From Acidobacteriota bacterium (GTDB lineage: Bacteria > Acidobacteriota > UBA6911 > RPQK01 > JAJDTT01): DNA of 64,000 nt. The notes under the pieces were generated by a model that ran no database searches, had not been told where the DNA came from, and saw nothing but the letters and a program-made list of their open reading frames with translations. The DNA is taken from NCBI GenBank assembly GCA_965263035.1, contig OZ253580.1, forward strand, positions 192,001 through 256,000, given 5' to 3'. Each line of letters opens with the position of its first letter. The stretch's first letter is position 1. Shown piece after piece: positions 49,342 to 57,902 of the stretch. The translations under genes were made by a program, and so were the position numbers.

Positions 49342-50727
49342 CTATTCCTGGAGCCGCGTGAATGTGAAGGTTCCCAGTGGGTTCGCAGTCCGGCCGTCGC
49401 CGAGGGGAGGTTCCGTGATCCTCCGAATTGGCTGCGGTGGAACCGTAGGCGCGTTGGGAGAGTTGAAGGTCACTCCACTGTCGGTCCCGGCGTCATAAGG
49501 GAAAAGCTCAAGAGTCCGTTCCTCGACCCAATCCTCCGATTCGAAAAGACTCAGATCACGCACGCCCACGAACCAGTCAGGGCTGGGGGCGATCATGGAC
49601 ACGAGGGTCACCAGTGGATAGTCCTGACTGATCTCGAATTCCAAGGAGACCGATCCAGGCGACCTGCCGATGCCCCTTCCCTGGAGCACGTGCTCGGCGG
49701 TCCCGAGCGGGATGGCGCCCCGGACTTCACCAGCCAGCCGACTCTGGGCGCCGGTCTCGGCCATGCTCTTGATCCCCGGAGTGGCGTTCTGTCCCGGCCC
49801 CCAGAAACGGACCGCCTCGTTGTGAGTGCCTCCGATGAGTCCCGAGAAATGAGGTGACGACGGGAAATCCCGGGGTTGGGTGGCTGCGCTCCAGGTGGCG
49901 TTGAAGACGACCCGGTAACGAGCCGTGGCCGGAAGATCGGGGGGAATACCCGGGAGAATAGCGGCCGGGACTCCGGTCAGATGAAACCGTCCTCCCTCCA
50001 GCAGCCGCTGCCGGAGTGCCACCAGATGAAAAGGGTCCTTCGATTCGCAGAGAATCGATCCGATGAATTCCCCTTGACCCGCGTGCTCGGGAAAGAACTC
50101 GCTGGCGAACCTGGCGCCCTCCTCTTCCACCGGGATGGTGTCCAGCGACTCACCGCCTTCATCGAAAAGGGTCAGCCGAAAGGGCGCCGGCTCATCCCCG
50201 ACGGATTCGCCGGAGCGAGGACGGCGAATGGCGATGCCGGTCCTGGTCTCCGTCGAAGGAGACACCTCGACCGGGATGCTCACGCGGTGGGCCGCAGGCG
50301 AGGCTGCCACCCCCACCATGTCCACCAACTCTCCGTCCAGCCAGTACTCCAGAAAAAAGGTCACGGCCAAATCGCTCGCCGAGGACCCGTTCTGCCCCTC
50401 GATCTGGAAGACGTCGGACCAGATGGGCGAACCGGGTGGAGCCGCCAGGACGTGGCGCATCGTGGCCTGGGGCTCAAGGAGCAACGGAGTCCCGTCGCTG
50501 CCGGTGCGATCGACTCCGTTGTGGGTCCAGGACCGTCCCGACCCGGAACCGAAATCGGGCAGCCGCATCGAACCCTCCCACGTCCGGTCGGTCGGATTGG
50601 TGGTCAAAACCACCACCTGGAAGCCTCCTCCCACCACCAAGTGGGGGTAGACCACCGGTTCGGATTCTTGGGCCCAGGTGGAGGTTCCGAAGACCAGCAG
50701 GATCCCGGGAAGGATCCGTTTGGCCAT
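49342..50727 (-). CDS. Secreted protein with C-terminal Spondin_N domain
   Basis: ARYRVVFNATWS, HFSGLIGGTH, MAETG, VSMIAPSPDWFVG, YDAGTDSG. Confidence 0.85.
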   Translation of the reverse strand: MAKRILPGILLVFGTSTWAQESEPVVYPHLVVGGGFQVVVLTTNPTDRTWEGSMRLPDFGSGSGRSWTHNGVDRTGSDGTPLLLEPQATMRHVLAAPPGSPIWSDVFQIEGQNGSSASDLAVTFFLEYWLDGELVDMVGVAASPAAHRVSIPVEVSPSTETRTGIAIRRPRSGESVGDEPAPFRLTLFDEGGESLDTIPVEEEGARFASEFFPEHAGQGEFIGSILCESKDPFHLVALRQRLLEGGRFHLTGVPAAILPGIPPDLPATARYRVVFNATWSAATQPRDFPSSPHFSGLIGGTHNEAVRFWGPGQNATPGIKSMAETGAQSRLAGEVRGAIPLGTAEHVLQGRGIGRSPGSVSLEFEISQDYPLVTLVSMIAPSPDWFVGVRDLSLFESEDWVEERTLELFPYDAGTDSGVTFNSPNAPTVPPQPIRRITEPPLGDGRTANPLGTFTFTRLQE

Positions 50728-50861
50728 CGGAGTGATCATGCTGTTCGCGAACTCAGGAAATGTGATTGGCATACATTATAGTCTTACCCAAAAGTTGCGT
50801 TGCCGGGGCCGAATTACACCAAGGGAGTGTCTGGAACCCGCGCCGTGGCGCCAAATCCCGT

Positions 50862-52052
50862 CTACGCCGGCAGATCCAACTCCTCGATGGTCCAGGAGAC
50901 GGGACGGCCCCGCTTGTCGAAGGAAAAACGTTCTCCCAGGTTTCCGGTAGTGAAGACGAAGCCGTCAAACCCGGCGAGCCGAGCCAAATCCTCCAGCTGC
51001 TCCCCGTCCGGTTCCCGGCGGTTCAGATCGACCCCCGCCCCCAGATAGAGTCGGCATCCCGCCCGGCGGCAGACGGACCCGTAGACCCGAGCCAGATCCT
51101 GGTCCAGAGGATTCAGACCGACCCCGTCCTCGCCGTTGTTCAGGTACCCGTAACCGGACAGCCCTTCCGTCAACTGGCGCCCGCTGATGACGTTCACAAC
51201 GAGCTCGTCCACCAAACCGTCGCGGACCCACTTCTGCCAGTCCAGGTGCAGGTTGCCGTAGGGTGGCCCCAGGTAGTTTCCCCGGGGGACCGCCAGGGAG
51301 AGACGCCGGCCGGCGGCCCTGAGCAGAGCCTTGACCTCGGAGAGAAACAGGCTCAGCGACTCTCCCCGAATCCGGCGCCAGGATTCCAGGTCGAAGTCGC
51401 TGTGCAGAATGTCCACGCCGTGACGGCGGCGGTACTCCTCCACCACGGGGCGATTGAAGCCGAACTGGTCGCCGTAGGCGGCCGGCAGCACGTAGGAACG
51501 GGTGCAGAGGTGGAGCCCGTCGGCCGGAGCTTCCGCCAACAGATCGCGCAGCATCTCGAGACGGTAACGGCGGACTTCCGGGTAGTCGTAACAGAGGACT
51601 CCCCAGTGGCGCTCCGTCCCTGAGCGGTCCACCTCCACAAGATCGGGATGGGCTGCGGAAAAACCACTTTGATAAGGATACGGCGTCCCGCGGGGCCGAT
51701 AGAGCAGATCTCGGGGAAGACCCTCATCCAGGAAGGGGAGATAGAGATAAGCTTGCGCTCCCGCGGCACGGGTCACCTCGACGAAATCGGCCACATCCTG
51801 GATCCGGGAAGCCGCCAGCGTCTCCCAGAACCGGGACCAGCCCCGGGACACTTCCCGGTCGTCCTTTCGCTCCACGCAGTATCGCTGGATGAACCAGTGG
51901 TCCACCCGCCAGTAGAATCGACGGACGCCGAAACGATCCCTCCAATACGCGACCGCCGCCGCCAGCTTCTCCCGATCGTCCAGGCGGGCCTCCCCCCGCC
52001 CGTACTCCAGATGATCGGGCCAGTGCACTCGAAGAACGATTTCCTTCGGCAT
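50862..52052 (-). CDS. Hypothetical TIM-barrel glycoside-hydrolase-like protein
   Basis: HPDL...DR.G, LCYDYPEVR.Y.L, DG..L, FGFN.P...EY.RR.G.D, WVRDGLVD (GHL10/DUF187-like pattern). Confidence 0.6.
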   Translation of the reverse strand: MPKEIVLRVHWPDHLEYGRGEARLDDREKLAAAVAYWRDRFGVRRFYWRVDHWFIQRYCVERKDDREVSRGWSRFWETLAASRIQDVADFVEVTRAAGAQAYLYLPFLDEGLPRDLLYRPRGTPYPYQSGFSAAHPDLVEVDRSGTERHWGVLCYDYPEVRRYRLEMLRDLLAEAPADGLHLCTRSYVLPAAYGDQFGFNRPVVEEYRRRHGVDILHSDFDLESWRRIRGESLSLFLSEVKALLRAAGRRLSLAVPRGNYLGPPYGNLHLDWQKWVRDGLVDELVVNVISGRQLTEGLSGYGYLNNGEDGVGLNPLDQDLARVYGSVCRRAGCRLYLGAGVDLNRREPDGEQLEDLARLAGFDGFVFTTGNLGERFSFDKRGRPVSWTIEELDLPA

Positions 52053-52116
52053 ACGCGCTCTGGGGACCGAAAAGACAGATGCGGACGTCTCATGCCGCCG
52101 AACGGCATGGCGCCGC

Positions 52117-53901
52117 CTACTCGGCGATAAAGGTCATCTCCCAATCGCCGATTTTCTTGAGCCGGCTGCCGGACATCCGGATGGGAGGCTCGCCCGATTC
52201 GGCCCAGGCCTCCAGTTCCTCGACGTGCCCCAGGCGCCTCAAATCCGGCAGCGACGTGCCGTGGCCCCAGAAATAGGCCGAGTGGGCGTCGAACTCGGGC
52301 CCCCAGACCTTGGCCGTATCCCAGAAGACCAGCGACTCGACTCCCAGAGCATAGAGCTGGCGGGCCTTTCGCCGGTACTGCTCCGCGCTCAGATGCCGGG
52401 GCATGATGTTGAGAGTCAGCCGGCATGAGGTCCCCCGGGTCAGGTCCAGCCAATATCGGACGTCGTCCGGATCCTCCCAGGCCAGTTCCCAGCTGTACAG
52501 ATCCTCCGCCGAGGTGTAGGGCACGATGGTGTCCACCAGGCCCTCCCGGATCCACCGCTCCACGTCCAGACCCCAATAGAGGTTCTCGTCCCGCCGCCCG
52601 AACACCCAGACCGAAAGCTTCTTGGGACGACCCTGCTCCGCGGCGGCCTGATCCAGCATCCGTCTCAGATCCCGGACGAACTCGGTCAGCACCGCTGCCC
52701 GATGGTTCAGCCAGCGCGGGTCCCTCTCCTCCAGCTTCCGGGGATCCTGCCCGTATTTTTTCCGAAAGCTCTCCACCAACGGCTCTTCATACTCCACGTA
52801 GGGCGGGCGACGATTGAACAGGGGACAGATTCCATCCACCGGATAGCCGACCATCTCCCGAAACAGCGACACCAGATAGCGTCGGGTCTCCGGATAGCTC
52901 AGGGAAATCCGGGGCGCTCGGCTCCCATCCCGCCGGACCGCCCTCAACTCGGGATGGTTCTCGTAGAAACCGCCCTGGTTCATCTCCTCGAATGGAGGGG
53001 AGAAATGGAATGGACCCATCCCCTCGGCGAACCGGTAGGAAGCATGAAACTCCATCCCCAGCTCGTGGGCATGGTCCACGGCAATACGGAACGGATCGAT
53101 TCCTTTCTCGACGTACTCGGTCCAGTTTTCCACCAGCCGCCGATACTCGAAGAGCGAGTAGTCGTCGATCTGCAGGTGGCGGGTGGTGCATATCCGGCCG
53201 ATTTGGGTGAAGTAGGCGCAAAGATCCCCCGCGCCCGCTTCCCAATAGATGCTGCCGAAGTCTGTGTCCCGGTAAGTCTCCAGCAGATCCCGGACCGTGC
53301 CCGGCTCACTGTCGACCACGATCCCCGTTCCCACGTCCTGGGTGGCCACAAGACGCTTTCGGTCGGACCGCTTCCGGTCGGCCTGCAGAGTCTCGACCTC
53401 CTCCGGCTCCAAGGGCACCAGCTTGATGTAGGCGATCCACACGTTCTCGCTGGTGCTGCGCCCCGTCTCCCCCGCCGGGACCTGCTCCCGGCAGAGCTGT
53501 TTGAAGCGGACCCCCTGACCGGTCAGATCCGCCGTCTTCCAATAGACGTCCCGGACCGCCTGGTCGCTCTCCATGGCGGGAGCCGGGAGGAAGACCAGGG
53601 AAAACGCCAAATCATCATCCAAGCGGGTCCACACACGTTGTCCCCGAAAGGGCCGAAACGGCGTGTTGTACAACCCGATGTAGACGTCGTGCCAGCCTCG
53701 AATCTCGAGCGGATATCGAACTTCCGCCGCCGCCGTCTCGGGACCCGCCCGCAGGAACACTCCCCGGAAGTCCTCGGCCTCGTAGTCGATCAGACGCCAG
53801 CACGACCGCTTGCCGACTCGACTCAGGGACGAATCGGGCCGGCATCGGTTCAGATCGGTCAAGTAGATGGGGTCGTTGTTCCGCGTCGGTCCATCGGACA
53901 T
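52117..53901 (-). CDS. Hypothetical TIM-barrel glycoside-hydrolase-like protein
   Basis: H..GMEFHASYR, HPEL...RDG, SLSYPETR, YPVDG, WIREGLVD; ATG 53901 after AAGGAG. Confidence 0.6.
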   Translation of the reverse strand: MSDGPTRNNDPIYLTDLNRCRPDSSLSRVGKRSCWRLIDYEAEDFRGVFLRAGPETAAAEVRYPLEIRGWHDVYIGLYNTPFRPFRGQRVWTRLDDDLAFSLVFLPAPAMESDQAVRDVYWKTADLTGQGVRFKQLCREQVPAGETGRSTSENVWIAYIKLVPLEPEEVETLQADRKRSDRKRLVATQDVGTGIVVDSEPGTVRDLLETYRDTDFGSIYWEAGAGDLCAYFTQIGRICTTRHLQIDDYSLFEYRRLVENWTEYVEKGIDPFRIAVDHAHELGMEFHASYRFAEGMGPFHFSPPFEEMNQGGFYENHPELRAVRRDGSRAPRISLSYPETRRYLVSLFREMVGYPVDGICPLFNRRPPYVEYEEPLVESFRKKYGQDPRKLEERDPRWLNHRAAVLTEFVRDLRRMLDQAAAEQGRPKKLSVWVFGRRDENLYWGLDVERWIREGLVDTIVPYTSAEDLYSWELAWEDPDDVRYWLDLTRGTSCRLTLNIMPRHLSAEQYRRKARQLYALGVESLVFWDTAKVWGPEFDAHSAYFWGHGTSLPDLRRLGHVEELEAWAESGEPPIRMSGSRLKKIGDWEMTFIAE

Positions 53902-53918
53902 GAGGGGATTCTCCTTAA

Positions 53919-54078
53919 CAGTCCGTGGTGAAAGTCCCGCGAGCACCGAGACCGTTCCTGCGCCCGCCGGACCAGGCGCAACGGAGGGAGCATACCGGGA
54001 GTATGTGAGCCGATAGCAACGCAGTCCGCGCACGATGCAGGGACGGTCGAATGCCGTGACGACTTTTGCCACGGGCTG
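53919..54078. mobile_element. MITE family A, copy 3 (160 bp)
   Basis: TIRs CAGTCCGTGGTGAAAGTC / GACTTTTGCCACGGGCTG; TTAA duplication at 53915-53918 and 54079-54082. Confidence 0.92.
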
Positions 54079-54246
54079 TTAAGGTCGAGTCCTGGAACGC
54101 TCCAGTCATACAATAAATGAACCCTTATGGTAATGGTGCCGTCAATAAAACTAAGAAGCTTGCCAAGAACGATACCGTCGATACTTCCGGCTCGATCGAC
54201 GCCTTCATTAGCGATGGCCGTTTCACGCCCAGACGGAGGTTGTGGG

Positions 54247-55935
54247 ATGAACCTGCCCAACCGACTTCCCCTATTTCAAACTCTCGTAGCGGCAGCATTG
54301 ATCCTGGCGAACACGCCGGTTTGGGGCGCTACTCCGGTGCTGGATGCCATGAAGCAAGAGCTCCAACGCTCCGTCAAGCTCCTCGCTGAACAGCCGATTC
54401 CCATCTACTATCTCAGTTACGAAGTCACTGAAAACCGGAATGTCATCCTGGGCTCGGCCTTCGGCAACATCACCAGAAGCTCCAAGGGAGATCGCCGTCT
54501 CGTGGACATCGATCTCCGGGTCGGCAGTCCCCAACTGGACAACACTCACCCGATCCGCGGTGATTTCTTCTCCAACTTCCGTTCTTTTTCCCGAGTGGAG
54601 GCGCCTACCGGGGATCTGGAAGCACTACAGAACATCCTCTGGTACGAGACGGACAAAAAATACAAGGAAGCGATCGAACGGCTGACCAAAGTCAAGGCAA
54701 ATGTCCAGGTCAAGGTGGAGGAGGAGGATCAGGCGGGAGATTTTTCGTCCGAGGCGCCGGAGACATGGGTGGAAGATCCTGCGTCTCTGACCATCGATCG
54801 AGCCTCGTGGGAAGAAAAGCTCCGCAAGTACACGGCTCCCTTCTCCCATTCCGGTCAGATCTACTCGGCAGATGCGACCCTGTCGGCCAACGCCGAGACT
54901 CGATGGTACGTAAACAGCGAAGGATCCGAGATCCGAACCTCCCAGACCTACTATCGACTGATGATCTCGGCGTTCACCAAGGCTGAGGACGGGATGGAGC
55001 TGCCCCGCTATGAGTCCTTTTTCTCCTTCACGCCTGACGGACTTCCCGACGACGGCGCCGTGCTGAGCGCAGTGGATGACATGATCCGTGATCTCGAAGC
55101 ACTGAGGGTGGCCCCCGTGGTCGCTCCGTATACCGGGCCCGCTATCCTCTCGGGCCAAGCCAGCGCCGTCTTCTTTCACGAAATCCTCGGCCACCGGGTG
55201 GAAGGACACCGGCACAAGGAAGAAGACGACGCCCAGACCTTCAAGGAAATGGTGAATCAGAAGGTTCTGCCCGAGACGTTCTCGGTCATCTTCGATCCGA
55301 CGGTTCGGCGAATTGAATCAACGGACCTGGTCGGCGCCTACCGCTATGACAATCAGGGAGTGAAGTCCCAGCGAGTGCCGGTCATCGAAAACGGGATTCT
55401 GAAGAGATTCCTCATGTCCCGAAAACCGGTCGAGGGCTTCTCGAACTCGAACGGCCACGGCCGTAAACAGGCCGGTCTGCCGCCGGTTGCCCGCCAATCG
55501 AACCTGTTCGTCGAGGTGACCGAATCCCATTCCCGGGAAGAGCTCAAGGCTCGGTTGATCGACTTGATCAAGGAGGCTGACAAACTCTTCGGACTCTACT
55601 TCGAAGACGTCCAAGGTGGATTCACGTTCACGGGCCGAACCATTCCGAACGCCTTCAACGTGCTGCCGATCATCGTGTACCGGATCCATGCTGACGGACG
55701 CGAGGAACTGGTCCGGGGCGTTGACCTGATCGGCACACCGCTGACGACATTCAGCAAGATCACGGCCGCTGACAACCAGATCGACGCCTTCAACGGAATC
55801 TGTGGAGCCGAGTCGGGCGGCGTTCCCGTTGCCGGTATCTCACCGGGGGTTCTTGTCTCCCAGATCGAGGTCCAGAAGAAGGAGAAATCCCAGGAACGTC
55901 CTCCGATTCTCCCTCTTCCCGAGTCAGGGCCTTAG
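54247..55935 (+). CDS. tldD: TldD-family metallopeptidase with signal peptide
   Basis: FFHEILGHRVEG, YDNQGV, SNGHGR, RQSN, CG (third Zn ligand); GGAGG RBS. Confidence 0.8.
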   Translation: MNLPNRLPLFQTLVAAALILANTPVWGATPVLDAMKQELQRSVKLLAEQPIPIYYLSYEVTENRNVILGSAFGNITRSSKGDRRLVDIDLRVGSPQLDNTHPIRGDFFSNFRSFSRVEAPTGDLEALQNILWYETDKKYKEAIERLTKVKANVQVKVEEEDQAGDFSSEAPETWVEDPASLTIDRASWEEKLRKYTAPFSHSGQIYSADATLSANAETRWYVNSEGSEIRTSQTYYRLMISAFTKAEDGMELPRYESFFSFTPDGLPDDGAVLSAVDDMIRDLEALRVAPVVAPYTGPAILSGQASAVFFHEILGHRVEGHRHKEEDDAQTFKEMVNQKVLPETFSVIFDPTVRRIESTDLVGAYRYDNQGVKSQRVPVIENGILKRFLMSRKPVEGFSNSNGHGRKQAGLPPVARQSNLFVEVTESHSREELKARLIDLIKEADKLFGLYFEDVQGGFTFTGRTIPNAFNVLPIIVYRIHADGREELVRGVDLIGTPLTTFSKITAADNQIDAFNGICGAESGGVPVAGISPGVLVSQIEVQKKEKSQERPPILPLPESGP

Positions 55936-56023
55936 ACGCAAGGGAGCAGCCCCGCCATTGTCTGCTATCACCGGCACCGACCAAGACCCTCCAATCGTCC
56001 AGCAAACAAGGAGCAGGTCCCTG

Positions 56024-57805
56024 ATGCCCCACCACGCCCCTATTCTGTGCATGCTCATTCTTTTCTTGTCGGGTCCGTCGTGGCTTCAGGCGCAAGAGAA
56101 CGTCCTGATGAAGGCGATGCGCGATGAGCTGGGACGGACTATGGAAAAGCTGCAACTCGAAGGTCTGGAGAAACCCTATTACGTCGCCTATTGGGTTCAG
56201 GAATCCCAGAACCTGAGGGTTTCGGCCAGCCTGGGGGGAGTTCTCAACCGCGGAGGGGGAACCAGCCGTCAACTGTCGATTCAGGTCAGGGTTGGCGACC
56301 CTTCCTTCGACAACACGAATTTCTTTGATTTCGGCGAGATGCGTTCCGGAGTGGTCTGGACGATAGGCCCCATTTCCTTACCACTGCGAGACGACTACCG
56401 GGAGTTGAGACGGCAGATCTGGTTGGCCACCGACGGCACTTACAAGCAGGCCGTGCAAAGACTTGCCAAGAAACGCGCAGCCCTCCAGAACAAGACGCGC
56501 GTCGAGGAGGTGGCCGACTTCAGTCAGGAAGAACCGGTTGAATTCAGAGGTCCCCAGGACCCGGCGGAACTGCCGGATGCGGCCCAGGTAGAGGCGACGT
56601 TGAAGGAACTATCGTCCCTCTTCAAGGAAGCACCGCACATCTATGCTTCCAGCGTACGAGCCAACGTTCGCCGTGTGACGACTTACTTCGTGAACAGCGA
56701 GGGATCTTCGTACGTGCAAGGCGAGCCTTCAGCCTATATCCGGGCTCTGGCCCGGACTCAGGCCTCCGACGGGACGGAGTTGGAAGACTTTGTCGTTTCT
56801 TACGGACGTTCGTGGGACGACCTGTCCAGCCCGACTGAGTTGGCGCAAAGGATAAGGGCGATGGCCGCCCACCTGGGGCGGTTGCGGAAGGCCGAGATCG
56901 CAGACCTCTACAGCGGTCCGGTCCTCTTCGAAGGACAGGCGGCGGCGGAACTGGTGAGCCAGGGTCTGGTGCCCAGACTTCTGGGTCTGAGAGTCCCCAT
57001 ATTGGACGACCCGAGAAGCCAACGATATATGCAACGCGCCAGAAACCCCTTCCAGGACAAGTTGGGGGCCCGCGTCCTCCCCAGGTTTCTCTCGGTCATC
57101 GACGATCCGACGGCCAACCGCCACGGTGAGATTCCTCTTTTGGGCGGATATCAGGTGGACGAAGAAGGAGTCCGATCCCGCGAAAACACCGTTATCCAGA
57201 GGGGAATGCTCAAGACTTTGCTGACGACCCGAAACCCGGTCCGGGGCGTACCCAAGAGCACGGGAAATCGGAGGAACATGGGGCCGGCCCCCTCCAATCT
57301 GTTCGTTCGCGCCCGAAACGGCATGACCAAGGAGGAGCTGAAACAGGAACTGGTGAGTCTGGTGCAGGAACGGGGACTCGACTACGGAATCATCGTGCGC
57401 CGCCTGGGAAACCCGCACCTGAAGTTTTCCAGGGACCGCCGTCCCTCATTCATGATGCGGGGCGCCCGGGGGGGAACCCGGATTGAACCGGCCGTTCTGG
57501 CCTACAAGGTGCTGCCGGACGGACGGGAAGAGTTGATTCGAAAGGTCACGCTGTCCGGATTCAGCGAGTCGAGTTTCCGCGACATCGTTGCTGCGTCCGA
57601 GACGGCCGTGCCATACACCACTGAATACCGTCCTCCGGACCGAATGTTCGCTTCGCTCGATATGTTCGGCACCGGGGGGTCGAGCGAAACCCCTCTGATG
57701 TCTCTGGTGACGCCGTCTCTCCTGTTCGAGGACCTGACCCTGAAGAGACCCACGGAGGACATTCCCCGCCCGCCCGTGACGCCTCCCCCATCGCGGGGGC
57801 AATAG
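56024..57805 (+). CDS. TldE/PmbA-like non-catalytic partner with signal peptide
   Basis: Same fold pattern (YSGPVLF, DEEGV, STGN.R, PSNL) but no HExxxH. Confidence 0.75.
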   Translation: MPHHAPILCMLILFLSGPSWLQAQENVLMKAMRDELGRTMEKLQLEGLEKPYYVAYWVQESQNLRVSASLGGVLNRGGGTSRQLSIQVRVGDPSFDNTNFFDFGEMRSGVVWTIGPISLPLRDDYRELRRQIWLATDGTYKQAVQRLAKKRAALQNKTRVEEVADFSQEEPVEFRGPQDPAELPDAAQVEATLKELSSLFKEAPHIYASSVRANVRRVTTYFVNSEGSSYVQGEPSAYIRALARTQASDGTELEDFVVSYGRSWDDLSSPTELAQRIRAMAAHLGRLRKAEIADLYSGPVLFEGQAAAELVSQGLVPRLLGLRVPILDDPRSQRYMQRARNPFQDKLGARVLPRFLSVIDDPTANRHGEIPLLGGYQVDEEGVRSRENTVIQRGMLKTLLTTRNPVRGVPKSTGNRRNMGPAPSNLFVRARNGMTKEELKQELVSLVQERGLDYGIIVRRLGNPHLKFSRDRRPSFMMRGARGGTRIEPAVLAYKVLPDGREELIRKVTLSGFSESSFRDIVAASETAVPYTTEYRPPDRMFASLDMFGTGGSSETPLMSLVTPSLLFEDLTLKRPTEDIPRPPVTPPPSRGQ

Positions 57806-57902
57806 TCCTCCGTCTCGAGTTTCGACATTTTGACGACCTGAGGCCCCGCTCACTGCGGCTACCATTCCCACCCCGCCCATGTACAATGGGAGCCGGTTTG
57901 CC

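Noticed and set aside
53902-54072. N-terminal extension of ORF 52117-54072 as real coding sequence
   Set aside because: The extension is MITE sequence; a strong RBS precedes ATG 53901
2649-54078. MITE and REP repeats as a CRISPR array
   Set aside because: Copies are dispersed, have TIRs and target duplications, show no repeat-spacer periodicity, and no cas genes are present
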